A DNA stretch of 64,000 nt from Phoronis australis (Eukaryota > Animalia > Phoronida). A program made the position numbers and the translations under genes. Numbering within the stretch: the first letter of the stretch is position 1; every line of letters starts with the position of its first letter. This document shows, piece by piece, positions 51,201-64,000 of the stretch. Below the pieces are notes generated by a model, which was given only the letters and a program-made list of their open reading frames with translations, had not been told where the DNA came from and did not search any database. The stretch lies in NCBI GenBank assembly GCA_002633005.1, contig NMRA01000016.1, positions 1,195,565-1,259,564 on the forward strand, given 5' to 3'.

Positions 51201-54200
51201 CACAGTTTGATACATAGTTAAAACATTTTGACATCACTTTTCGGCTTAGGAAATGTTCAAAAATGACGGGATATTCTTCTCGTGCTGCATAACGGCTGTC
51301 AAAATTACACATGCCATATCAACACCGTATCACCATTCTCAAATCACGCAATTTATTGAGCTATAGACTGAAATAATTTTTACAACGATAACGCATTGTT
51401 TGTTGGGTAAAATGGCGGCTTGGAAACGCAGACGAAGGTGTGTCAAGAATCCTGCGTTCTGATTGGTCAGTTAAGCCGTCAGTCGTAATCCTGGCGATAG
51501 GTCAATTATTATTTTCTGTAAGTTTTACTAGCAATGGGCTTTCTGAGTGTTTTTGTTACAACGGAAATCATTTCCTATCATTAAGTGTTTCCGTTCGGTA
51601 TTTGAATTGAATCCTGGGCATTTAAGGATATCAGTTTTAAAACCTCCATCTTCAAGGCAACAGAGAACTTCGTTGGCTTAACATATTCAATGCGAGGTAA
51701 ACCGAACAATCCGCTCACTTACCATTCACGAAACAACACTGTCAACGACTCGTGATGGTTTATATATTCATGTTGGCAAAGTCAATTTTACACAGTCACG
51801 CTATGGAGTGCGAGTATTTGGACATATGTACACCGGTTGCATTACGTTTGTGTATTATTAGATCAAGCCCGTAGGGAGGTAAATATTATTGCTGGGGCAC
51901 AAATTAATTCGACATCTCCCCCAATGATCCCAGATTTAATACTTCACTTATTGCCATTTCCTCCACTGGTCGTCGCCAATCTTGCACCCCTCGGGACAAC
52001 TCGCCCCAGGAGTGTAAAATTTGCTGTTTGAAGAGCCGCCTCCCGGGGAAGAAGCCACCAGAAACCTGGCTACCCATGCTTCAACAAAATGTCGAGAGAA
52101 AGGTCACCTAGCCGAGTTTCTCTTGGAAGCCTCGTCCTTCTGGGTTGGCAAATGATAAAGAACTGATCGTTTAAAAGCTATTTGAAACGCCATTTGTCGT
52201 GTTATTTCAGGTTGACAAAAATTATCGTGAATGTGAACGTTACTATTTTGGTGTCACATGATAGAGATTTCCAGAGTCTCGGCCTGCATTTACGTGATTA
52301 GATTTGAATTGGCTAAAATGGACTTGAATCAGTCGATTTTCCAAACATGTTTATCAAAAGCCAAAGAACCCTTACGGGAAGAAAGTAACCTTAACACGTT
52401 CGGCCGTCACATGGCAACACAATATAAAATTTTAAGGTACACAAAGTGCGCCTTTTGAGTTAGGCCTAACTACGTTCAGAGCAAAGCACTTATTTAACAA
52501 ATATTCTCTGTTGTGTTTAGGCACTGGGCGTTTGTTGTAGGGCTTCTAGCAAGTACCTTTTGGGGGGGAGATTTTATTTTGTTGCTTTTTAATTCATTTA
52601 CTAGTTTGTTTTTTAGAACTAGAATGTTCCCGAGTACAAACTTGCACTGTTAAAAGCACCTCAAAACTACATGTAGTATATTGTAAACGAGTATACCACT
52701 GAAAGAAAATAGTACAAATGTGAAATTACGTGTAAACACGTTGACGTAATATCTCCCTAAGTTTAGTAGCACACTCACAATGCGCCATTTAATATCATAT
52801 TCCTGCGCCATTTTCTGTTTTTAACCACCAGTCTTGAACCTGAGCAAATTCGTATAGTCTTATGGAAATGTCGCCCAGTGACGTAATAAGATTATGAATG
52901 TGTAAAAAGCGCTAAGATACATCTATTGCCGAGGGGGTTGTTGGTCGTGGGTCGGGGATCGTGGGTGTCGTGGGTCGAGCGGGTCGTAGGTTCAGGGGGT
53001 CATGAGTCGAGGTGTTCGTGGGTGTGGGAATCGAGGGGTTTTAGAGCAATCCGTAGCCGAGTGTTGGCTTTGAGATATACAAACTTATGATGATTGCACT
53101 AAATACCATTCGTCATATGCAAAGAACGGATGAAATTTGGAAAATGTATTATCGGAATTTGCATAAAGAAAAAATTATAATCAAAAATAACCAAACAAAG
53201 TGACAACACATTATTTTACGCTCACGGTGGTATCAAGATATTCTCAAGGACAACAAGACTGTCTTTCAAGTATCCTACCTTAGCTGATGCACAGGTCACG
53301 GAAATGTACGGGAGTAGTTAATGATTTTATGCTTTCGGCTGAGGTAAAAAATTATGCTCAAAAGGGTTTTTAGTTTGATAATAGGAAGGAGGTAAACATT
53401 ATGTCAGGTTACACATTGCTTATACGGTATATGTTGTTAAGATTTTGAACTAAATTTCCCTGTAAAATGGTCAGGGGTTTCTCCTGTCCCCAGATTACGA
53501 CAGAGGACGCTGGTCACGTGGGCATTTCAATTTATTTAGTTCAACGCAACCACTAAAGTAATTAATGTTTTCGAAAAAATCAAGAAGGGATTCCACCGTC
53601 CCCGAATTGCGGAGGGTGATGACATCCACTTCGGCATGTTGAATGAACAGTTTATTGCAACCATGTACTACATTTAACCTTCTCAAACAATTGTCTCTGG
53701 ATCATGCCACCGGATGCCCACCGCTTGCTTAACAACACAAACCCTATTGTCCGTGTTTACAATGTTTCACATATGTGTAGCAAAATTCCTTATCTTCATT
53801 CTAGGGAAATTTCAAGTGCAAAATTTGAAGCGTCTAACGAACAAAAAATATAGTGTAAATACTTTCAACAGCGTGGCAATTTGTTTACGAAAATGCCTTA
53901 CGTTTTTCAGGTTTATTTGTCGTAGAAACCAAAACATGAGACTAATAAAAAATTCTCAATGGATCTATTGATGTATCTGGTGAAGTTTCCATTTAAAAAC
54001 GTTCCATTAAATATACTGAGACTCTGTTTTATTTTGAATGTACCTTTCTTAAAAGTGAAATTTTTACTTTAAAAAGATGTAATAATAATAATGGCACTTG
54101 AATATAAAGTATACTTTTATAATCCCTGATCTTTCTTCGAAAATATACTTTTACTAGTTGAAAAAGACTGTTACTTAATATAAGAGTTAGAATAAGGTTT

Positions 54201-57200
54201 GAGATAAACTTAAAATCACACACTCAATATGACGCCGTATCCCTGACGCAAGGAGTGTAAAAATGGCCGATGTCTTGAAGCGTTGCTGTACGACTCTGCG
54301 CCTTTTCAATTTTTGTTCTGTAGGTTAGCCTTCTACGACAGGACATGTTATAAGACAGTGAGGGCAAAGCAGACGTTATTCTGCACAAATTCAATTCCTG
54401 TTCTTTTCCATCTAAACTGATCGACAGAGTTGCACAATCCATCAGCTTTGCTTTACCCAGGATGCTGCTGTAAGCTTCTTCATATTTTGGTTATCACACT
54501 TGAGTGCTGTTTTATAAACGTGAATTGCACAGGCAATCTATGGGAGCCGCCATATTGAAATCATTCGGCACAACAATACAATCTAACTCTCCCATTGGTC
54601 AACTTAATGGAAAAGCGCCACCTAGTAACAGCAATGTGGATATGATTTCTTGCAGCAGAAACACCTTTAAGAAATGTGCAAGTGTAGACGTGCAGTTTAA
54701 ATCCTAGTTGTAATAGCTAGTCACACTGAAAAACACTAGGTTGCTCCAAAGTACCCATACCAACGAATGCTGTAGTCTTTGGTCCAACACCTCGTTGCTG
54801 CGGTAAGAGAACACAGATATCGTTAACACCACTTGTTACAAAAATTGATTGACTTCGGCGGTTCAGCCAGGTCATGCGGCTAAGATATCTGATTGGTCTG
54901 TAACGTGGAAGAAGCAACCGAATGTCCTAACTGCTTTATCTCAATTAAACGTTCTTAGTGCTGCGTAGAAATCTAATCTGAATGCTCAAACTCACACCTC
55001 TAAATGTACTTCTACATGTAGATATGCAGGCAAGCCACGAATAGCTATTGTAGAAAGATAATAAATAAACTCGAAGAGTCATTATGGACAGTAAAAACGG
55101 CTTCTGGTAGTATGTTTATTGATGAAAACTTTTTATGTCAAGTATTTAGGTTTATTTCATTTTATTTAAAATGTATTACAAACTCTGGTGTTTTTTTTAT
55201 TCAATCGAAGCTTTGATACCTATACTTTCTATGGTGTTTATAAATTTTTAGATTAATTTCAGTCTGTTGAATTACGGCAACAAGTGGCACATGGCGTGAC
55301 GCGTAATTTACAAGCTTGAAGATTCGACGAGATGCGCCATCGAGTTGGACTCGTGCCCATTTATATTAATGACAGTTTTGTTACCCAAGTGAAATTTCAA
55401 CGATTTAGTGTTGTGTTAGGTAAACACGCTACTTTTGTGCAACTGGACGAAAAACATGAATAATTCTTGTCTGCTGTGATAAAAGTGTCAGATTTATTAA
55501 AGCATACTATGGATATCGCAAGTCAGTCTGTCAACGAATGCTTATTGTGTGAATATTCTTTAATATTTATTTATTTCTATTATATTTAGAAATTAAGATT
55601 CGGTAACACGTCAGTCAAGGGAGGAAAATATTTGGTTGTAAGAAGTTATAAATGTTCCCTTTGAGTTCCAAAATAACAGTTCAAAACGACAAAGGTAAGC
55701 TTGCTGCTCCTTTCACTCTTTATTCAAATCATGTGAATTTAATTAACATCCCAGGTGTGTTTACGTGACCCATCTGAGTAAAAGAGATTTAAGAATATTC
55801 TTATGATAATAGCATTCGTGTGTAAGTGGTTTTGTGGCAGACTCTCACTGTTACTGACCAGAACATTTATCAATGTGTAGGGCGTACATAACAATACAAC
55901 CCATTTCAGCGTGGCACATGTAATATGGATATTTTTTAACACATGTTTTACGCCACAGCAACGACTTGGGGGTACTCGACTATTTTTAGGAGAAGTGTGA
56001 CGCTGGGATACATACCCTTGTAGAGAGTTAGCATAACTAAATTCACCTTTTAAGGAATTATTGCGAGTTGAAGAAATAGTAAATCTCTACTGATTTTTAA
56101 TGGAGTTTCAACCCCTACAAAAGGCCTAATTTTTGGAAAGAAATTCAGTTAACAACCCTGTATAATGTGTAAAGTTAAAAAGAATATGGGACCGTCATTC
56201 AAAGGGGGAGGGATGGAGGGAACGGAAGGAGGGGAGGAAGGAGGGAGGGAGGGAGGGCGAGGGGAGGAAGGGAACGAGAAACGGAGGCGTGGGAAGAAAT
56301 ATTCTGGAAGTTGATAAATTTGTAAGAAATCTGTCTACTGAGAGCTTATAAGGGCAAGCCGAGGTCGTAAACTTCAAATATTCCCTTTAAAGCAAGCAAT
56401 GACTTTCATCAATTACTTGTAGGCTCTTGGTGTTACGCGTAATTAGGAACTCGCCTAACTAAAGAACGAATGTGTTTTTATCCCAAAACTGAATCCAGCC
56501 TTCTCAAAGATTCTGACGCATGGAGTTTTAAAGAGTTTCCGCCATGACCCTGTGTCTCAAAAAGTATTAATGAGATTTAATAGCCTTTCGTATACCTGTT
56601 GCTAAGAAACAAGGCAAAAATTAAAAAAAAAACATATGTATATATTCTGCTATCAATATTGTACGTAACGGGTGGAAGACCGTCTCCGCCGTTGTATTTA
56701 CCAGTGAGATATTAAGGAGTTCTGAGGAAAGTCCGCGGAGAGCCATCTTTTTCAGACACGAAAAGGTGCACGTCTCTGTGTACAATTTTCCTAAATACGT
56801 GAAAGTTGCACAGAAATTGTATCGATTTTTGCGCCGCAAGAGGGTGTGGAATGTCAGCGTAAACTGTAAGCATGATGTGGTTTAATAATACTATTATCAT
56901 CACTAACAGATGTTTTAAAGGAAGGGTCTATGGGAGAAGAAAAAATAACTCGGAAACATGTAGCAAAGCGTGCTTCATAAAGCTTGCTTCTTCAATTTTT
57001 TAGACAGTTACACTAATTGAAACTCCAAAGACAGATACCAAACAATAAATTTGGTCAAACTGAAGAACTGAAGATAAGTAGAAATGCCCAGGTTGGAATA
57101 TGTTTTCGATTTTTATTGAAAACTCCATTAACGTGCTTTGATCAAGATGGGGTGACATTTAGGCATATTAGTTCAACTATTTTGTATCATTGTATGATTT

Positions 57201-58154
57201 TTGGTTTGTTGATGTACTTTAATAGATTTTTCTGGTAATATTGAAGAAAACATTGGTTTCGATTGTGTGGACATCTATGTATGTATTTGAAGCATATCTT
57301 TAACAATAACGATGAATAACATCCATTCCCTCGCTATACTCGGTCTCATCCTTCTGCTACTAAACAAAAAGTATGCGAATGGGTACGCCTTATGCACCGT
57401 ATTCGCGCAGTGCCATTTTCAAAGTTAGCCTCTGTTTAGGTTTTAAAAACAATGCATTTTGTGCTTAAGTACAGCGCAAAGCGTGTTTTTTCGCGTGCGT
57501 CGTTATAATCACGCATCAAATGCTAAGGTGCTTTCTAAAATGGCGAGTGCGTGAATGAGGTCTATACGGAGTGGGAGGTAAGCTATATTGTGATAGTATT
57601 TCATGATGACAAGTAAAAAACCCATTGCGCGTCATTCGGACAATGAATAATTATGAAAACTGAAATTCATACAAAAGCCAATTCATTGCAAATATTGGAA
57701 CTCTAAAATGAGGCTTAGGAAACAAATCTGAAAGCGTACCTCAAGAGGTTTTGTCCAGTAGGAGCCTTTTTGGATTTAAATGTAAGCTATCTTAAAAGGA
57801 TAGTAAACTCTGTTTCAGTGATTTTACCCAAAACGGGCTCCATCACCTACTAATGCACATACAATCCTGTGGTTCGTGACAGTGGCAACAAAGCATTTGA
57901 ATTTTTAGGATCTAAGTGGCTAGTGGTCATAATTATACTGGAATAGAGCTTAGTAGCCGATTTAACTTGTACTAGCCGTTACATCGGCTGGTCAAAAATG
58001 GACAAAGCAGCACATGTTAGTTCCATTCCTACACTGTACCTCATGCTCAATAAAAGCAAATTAAACAGAAATCGTGAGTTTGCATTCGGTCTCACGACTC
58101 ACCGTGGCAGTAGCAAACTAAAATCAAAATAGTCATTTTGATAAAAGGAATGTA

Positions 58155-58517
58155 ACGGCTGTAGCGGAGTTCCATTTGGTGTTTTGAGTAACATGGGTCA
58201 TGGAATGTAATCTAAACAGTGTTCAAGGGTTTAACGGAGGACCGCTTGGAGTTTTGAGTCACATGGGTCACAGAAGGTGGTAACCTTAGCAGTGTTTATG
58301 GCTTTAACGGAATGCCACTTGGAGTTTTGGGTGACGTGTCACGAAATGTAAACTAAGGTGCTCATGGCTTTAACGGAGTGCCACTTGGAATTTTGAGTCA
58401 CATGGGTAACGGAACGCAACCTAAACATTGTTCATGGCTTTCATGGAGTGCCACTTGGAGTTTTGTGTCACATTGGTCACGGAACTTGACCTAAACAGTG
58501 TTCTTGGCTTCAACGGG
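58155..58517. repeat. ~63-bp tandem repeat, ~6 degenerate copies
   Basis: Unit TTAACGGAGTGCCACTTGGAGTTTTGAGTCACATGGGTCACGGAA...CCTAAACAGTGTTCATGGCT. Confidence 0.9.
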
Positions 58518-59414
58518 TCAATTTGTTGTTGGTTGTGGAAATATTTTTGATTTAAAGTTCAGACAGATTATTACACTCATGTCTAGTGACAGGTATGTCT
58601 GAATTTGTTGGACTTTCTGGTTTTCAATGTACTTTCACTCAGATGTTGTTGTCAGCTCCCGGCGACAACAATAGTTTGACAAGTGGTGGAGTTGGTGGAC
58701 CAACGAATGGAATTGGGGAGTGAGGAGACTGTAAACGTTGCCGTTTCTGAACTAATATGTCTGTTGATACCAGCTGATGCGCATGTAGTGTTAAGCTGTA
58801 AATTAAACCCCCTTCGACCGGAAATTTGTAAAATGATACGTTTGCACCATCCAAGCACTCGTGGAACCTTTCAAAATGTGTCAATTTATACTCTTTACAT
58901 ACATCGTTAAGTTAGACGACTTAGACTGTCCAAACAAAATCTTGAAAAGCAAAGCGAAGCAAACTATTTCCTTACAAATAACAAGAACTGTGTTAGTCAA
59001 ATAATATTCCAACTGCTTGCGCACCATAAAATAATCGAAGAGTTTCAACAAAAGAAACGCTGTTTTCTAAATTAACCACAAAAGACACCTTCCGGTGTTA
59101 GATAAGAAGATGAACTCTTCATTTCAGTTTCATGTATCCATGATCTTTCATGATATGAGATCATCGAGTAGGTGACACCGGCCCTCCCAACACAATGGGA
59201 GCTAACAGTTTTGTCATCCTAGAGTGGTTTTCTGCATCTTCAATTTTTGTCTTAGTTTGGCCTAATGACAATGAATAAATTGACCTGCGGTTATTATCAA
59301 ATCGATCGCAGTTTGCGATGGCAAGAGCAAAGCAAGGGGTTCGAATTCATGCTCATAAAGGCAGCTGGTAGGTGTTGTAGCGGAAAGAAAACTACGCATT
59401 GTCCATGATTATGC

Positions 59415-61032
59415 CTTGATTCAGTCAACGGCGTTATCAATGTCAAATACAATGTACATCTCATTGACTCATTACATATTCCTTGACATCACAGCGTGCA
59501 TTTTTTCTTAACGCGTAAAAACCGGTTAATGTTCTAAAAATAAACATTTAACCAAGCAACACCTTTTTCGTACGACTTTAAATCGGTATTGGTCCAAAAA
59601 CATCTAACTCGGCAATGTCTTTTACGTTGATGAGATGAACTAAAAGGAAACGAGGCGGGAACGAACAATTATGAAATAAGCATTTACTGTTGAAATGTGT
59701 GTTGATGACTGATCAGTTTTTTACACGCCGTAGGCAATTAAACGTTGGTTTTTGAACTTGCATCAAGATATAAGCGCCTGCTAATATCCGATTGAAAACC
59801 ATTGGGCATTGTATTGAGTCCACTCAACATAGCTGGCCGAGCAAAATGTTGTCTGCCAAAAGATGTCATTCTCCCATTTGGTGTAAATGATCAAGACCCC
59901 ATGATAGTTGATTTGATCGGAAATTTAATTTGGGCACGCGCAATGGTGTCCACGCCAAAAAATCCTAGTGTGCATTCACCTAGACGAGGAAATCTTGTGA
60001 AAACGCAAGATCACGCAAGACTTCGGAATGTGTTACATGGAGAATACTACACGAGTCTCAGGTTTATGACATGGGCAAAACCTCTTGGAAATTTCGTCAA
60101 AATCCCGAAGCTTGGCGAGGGATTTTGACGAAATTTTCGAGAGGTTTTGCCATGTCATAAACTGAAACGAGTGCAGGATTAGTCTTCTCACATGAACCTT
60201 TAAAACGATCTTTTTGCTGAAANCTTGATTCAGCCAACGGCGTTATCAATGTCAAATACAACGTACATCTCATTGGCTCATTACATATTCCTTGACATCA
60301 CAGCGTGCATTTTTTCTTAACGCGTAAAAACCGGTTAATGTTCTAAAAATAAACATTTAACCAAGCAACACCTTTTTCGTACGACTTTAAATCGGGAATG
60401 GTCCAAAAACATCTAACTCGGCAATGTCTTTTACGTTGATGAGATGAACTAAAAGGAAACGTGGCGGGAACGATCAATTATGAAATAAGCATTTACTGTT
60501 GAAATGTGTGTTGATGACTGTTTAGTTTTTTACACGCCGTAGGCAATTAAACGTTGGTTTTTGAACTTGCATCAAGATATAAGCGCCTGCTAATATCCGA
60601 TTGGAAACCATTGGGCATTGTATTGAGTCCACTCAACATAGCTGGCCGAGCAAAATGTTGTCTGCCAAAAGATGCCATTCTCCCATCTGGTGTAAATGAT
60701 CAAGACCCCATGATAGTTGATTTGATCGGAAATTAAATTTGGGCACGCGCAATGGTGTCCACGCCAAAAAATCCTAGTGTGCATTCACCTAGACGAGGAA
60801 ATCTTGTGAAAACGCAAGATCACGCAAGACTTCGGAATGTGTTATATGAGAATCCTACACGAGTCTCAGGTTTATGACATGGGCAAAACCTCTTGGAAAT
60901 TTCGTCAAAATCCCTCGCCAAGCTTCGGGATTTTGACGAAATTTTCAAGAGGTTTTGCCCATGTCATAAACTTGAAACGAGTGCAAGATTTGTCTTCTCA
61001 CATGAACCATAAAGACGATCTTTTTGCTGAAA
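59415..61032. repeat. ~0.8-kb tandem duplication joined at N60223, each copy with a ~100-bp hairpin
   Basis: 59415-60222 vs 60224-61032; hairpins at ~60063-60161 and ~60870-60971. Confidence 0.9.
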
Positions 61033-61323
61033 AACTCGACGTGTCTAAAACTTTCAATCACACGACGCAACTTTTGTAAAAACACTCTTGCTCAATGTAA
61101 AGTAATTCCGTTACTTTCTGTTAATAGTGTTATTTCAAGCTCATCAATTGTAAATTGCATTCAGCTTTCGTAGCAAATATTTAAGTTAGAATCTAAAAGA
61201 TAGTCTCTGAAGTAATACGATAAATAACAGTCAGCAAGACTTCCCCGCACGTGAGTACTGAATTGACCTTGAGACAACACAGCTAGGCAGTCTCACTGTG
61301 TTGGGTTACGTCTTCGTTTGAAT

Positions 61324-61476
61324 CAGTGCTGTTGTGGTAAAATTAGAGGTAAGTAGGAGCCCAAAGCTCACCGTATCACTTTGAGCACTGAACGTAACAC
61401 GTGGGTAGGCGATACATTCAAATGCCAAAAGGTGGTTGGCTGCGCCTACGTGCGCCTACGCCCCACTGCAGCACTG
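61324..61476. mobile_element. hAT-type MITE
   Basis: TIR CAGTGCTG..GTGG / CCAC..CAGCACTG, perfect 8-bp TSD GTTTGAAT. Confidence 0.8.
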
Positions 61477-62329
61477 GTTTGAATTAATTTGGATGTGGAA
61501 TTCGTCGCCGTTTAAAAATTTGCTTGCATGTCCTTCCGACTGGAAGTACGTACAGTTGAGACAGCCGATTTGTCAATCATAACCATGTCACTTTCTCGGA
61601 ATTCCGGCATAGCTTGGCTGCTGGTATAAGTGTCTTGCAGACGCCGATAAAATGTAAGGAGTATGGACTTCTACTTTGCACTACTTTGTGATTTGCCCAT
61701 GTAATATCAAAAATACGTACGCGCTGTTATTAACCAGTCGTGTCGTAACACATTCCAGGTCATGTGAGAAATGTAAAATACTTGATGACACTAATTTCCT
61801 TCGCCAGATTCTTGCGTTGACGGAACTCAACCCTGTGCCACGACGTTGACATTTGCAGCACCTCGAGGGCGAAGGAACGTACGAAAACTTAAATTGCCAC
61901 TAGGAGGCACCACAGAATTCGGATCCCTGCCAAAATCAACGTCAGCCGTGCTCCTTGCAATTAGAACGCACAGTGACACCTTTCGTGATTATTCTTTATG
62001 AGTGCAGTTTGACAGCGGCGCAAAAATTGTAAAAGTGTTACTAGGGGCGCAGCATCTGAATCAAAGCAGGTACTATCGTCTCCTTGAAAAATGAAAATAA
62101 TTTTCTTTATCAACATGAGCTTCAGGAAATGTCACTCTTGTGATCTGTTAAGTGGCTGTCACTAGCGCCACCTATTGTCAATGTTATAAGTTAGTGGGTC
62201 ATCTATCTCCCCTGGACAGTGACCAAATTCATGAGTTACCCACAACTCTGTGTGTCCTGTTCCTGTCTCGTGTTATGGAGAATAAACATGGCTTTACAGT
62301 TTCTACATTCAGTTTATGTTAATCCAACC

Positions 62330-63000
62330 ACATCTGACTACAGTAATTCTGCGGAACTTGCTTCACTTGATCTTTTGGAACGCATTTGTAACCATCTTGA
62401 TAATGACATCAATTCCCTTGTTATCTTTCTCAATATCTCTAAAGTTTTCGTCGCAGTAGACCACCAAATACTCTTTCAAACGATAAATCACAACCATATT
62501 ACTGGAGTTGAATATACAGTTTTAACAGTTATCTCTCCCACACTGCTCCCAATATGTTTCCCTGTAGGATCGATAACTTCCAATTGCTTACCAATGTCTA
62601 CCGGAGTTCCGCAAGGCTCTATTATAGGCCTGCTTCTCTTCTCATGATCTTCCATATTCTTCTCCCATGGCCGCATGCCTTTATGCAGACGACACTTGTC
62701 TTGTTACACGTTACAAACTCACTGAATCCCCCCAACACACTTGATAACAAACACTTACCATCAACAACAAATTGGCTTCTATTTCAGTCAGGTTTTCCGT
62801 GAACAAACGTTCAATTAATGCACCAACAAGTAAGTTAAAGATCTCTCACTACACCCAAAAGAAAGTTAGTTGACAAATGTATAATCCTATCATTTATAAA
62901 AATAAGAAAACAATCAATCACGTGCACGAAAATTTTCTTCCGTGGTATTGCCGTTGGTAAAAAACTGTTATGGTGCGCCACCATCCGTCTCATTTCAAAC
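62330..63000 (+). mobile_element. CR1/L2-group LINE RT relic
   Basis: VIFLNISKVFVAVDHQIL, GVPQGSIIGLLLF, YADDT; degenerate. Confidence 0.75.
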
Positions 63001-63619
63001 AAAAACTCGGGATTTTTAGAATTAAAATATATTTTTTAAACCTGTCAAGTATGGAAAATGATAATTATTTATGAAATACGTTATTTTTCTTTTGCTGGTA
63101 TAACCGTAAATCATCAAGAGCTGATGAAGGTCTTTTTATTGATATGACTTTTATGCAATTCGGTTGAAAAAGGGACGAAAAGTTTTAATGCCAGTAAGAA
63201 GGCCTCACTTTTCCCATTACCACAGTACTAAAATACATATTTTGTAATTATTTGTCCTATGTACCTAGTTTTTCTATGGTATTACAACTCCGATGTTCAT
63301 TTGGAAATATTTTAAAGACAGAGTAAACTTTTTGTTACCCTTACCTCAGTTTCCAAAATCGCGGATTTGTAAGTAAAAGCTCCTCCGTTTGGCACAGTTT
63401 GGGGCCACCAACTAGATCACAAAGTAATCAAACATATGGATGAAATTCGTTAGTTAAAAATTTTCAGTGATGACATTTTAAGCATATAAACAAGAATTAT
63501 TACTCTTCATAAACACCAGATACTGGTTACGACCGGGGCAGATACGTTATCAGAATTAACTATATAGGTCACGTGATGTGACCGATCAATAGTGTGTATG
63601 GAGGCTAATATTTCTTGCT

Positions 63620-63780
63620 TATGGAGGCAGTGTGGCCTAGTGTGATAGGTGTCCGCTTTCTTTACTCGAGGAAGTGGCTTGGAATCCCACTGACTCACAC
63701 GGCTAAACCCTTGAGTCAGGTTTCTAGGTACTCATCTTGGTTTAAACTGTGTATTAATAAAGCATAAAAATGGTTCCAGG
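63620..63780 (+). mobile_element. tRNA-derived SINE
   Basis: GGAGGCAGTGTGGCCTAGTG A-box head, degenerate B box; second copy at 1-140. Confidence 0.6.
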
Positions 63781-64000
63781 TGATCATTGCAATGGGTCCA
63801 CGTGCGCGGCTTGCGCACGTCTGGTACAACGTGTATCAGACCGCCCGCAATTATTTTATTTAAAAAATAATGATAATAATTCTTGCTTATACGATATCAA
63901 CCCGATGATTTATAACTACACAATTATACAATTCTAAATTTAATTCGTTTGAATTAAACAAACATTCCACTCTTATCCCTATATTCCTCAGCAAGACCGA

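Noticed and set aside
49490-56930. Several TTAA-AGG/CCT-TTAA Kolobok-like termini and CCAAT/YY1/E-box motifs
   Set aside because: Could not pair the termini or tie the motifs to a gene with confidence.
58155-58517. Repeat-spacer array
   Set aside because: The whole ~63-bp unit is repeated; it is an ordinary minisatellite.
58639-58910. Exon-like GC-richer segment
   Set aside because: No partner exons or protein motif found on either strand.

Overview
Animal (marine-invertebrate-like), AT-rich, repeat-dense draft-assembly window; most ORFs in the bacterial-style track are noise. Reading splice sites by hand gives three intact spliced genes with consistent intron phases. (1) An apolipoprotein D-type lipocalin (-, 4 exons, 187 aa). 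(2) A 7-exon + strand gene (383 aa) whose helical N-terminus resembles a divergent F-BAR domain. (3) A secreted CTHRC1-family gene (-, 6 exons, 187 aa) with no collagen Gly-X-Y repeat; two microexons instead encode a short coiled coil carrying an RhxxhE trimer motif. Genes 1 and 2 are head-to-head and separated by a ~11 kb Gypsy LTR element that has a -1 frameshift signal, an extra zinc-finger ORF in the env position and a nested L1/Tx1 LINE. Also present: Penelope, HERO/NeSL-like, AcademX, CR1/L2 and Kolobok-type relics, hAT-type MITEs, tRNA-derived SINEs, a palindromic 21-bp satellite, and six near-identical tandem duplications each joined by a single N (probable haplotype/assembly artefacts). 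All family calls are motif recognition by eye; no database search was run.
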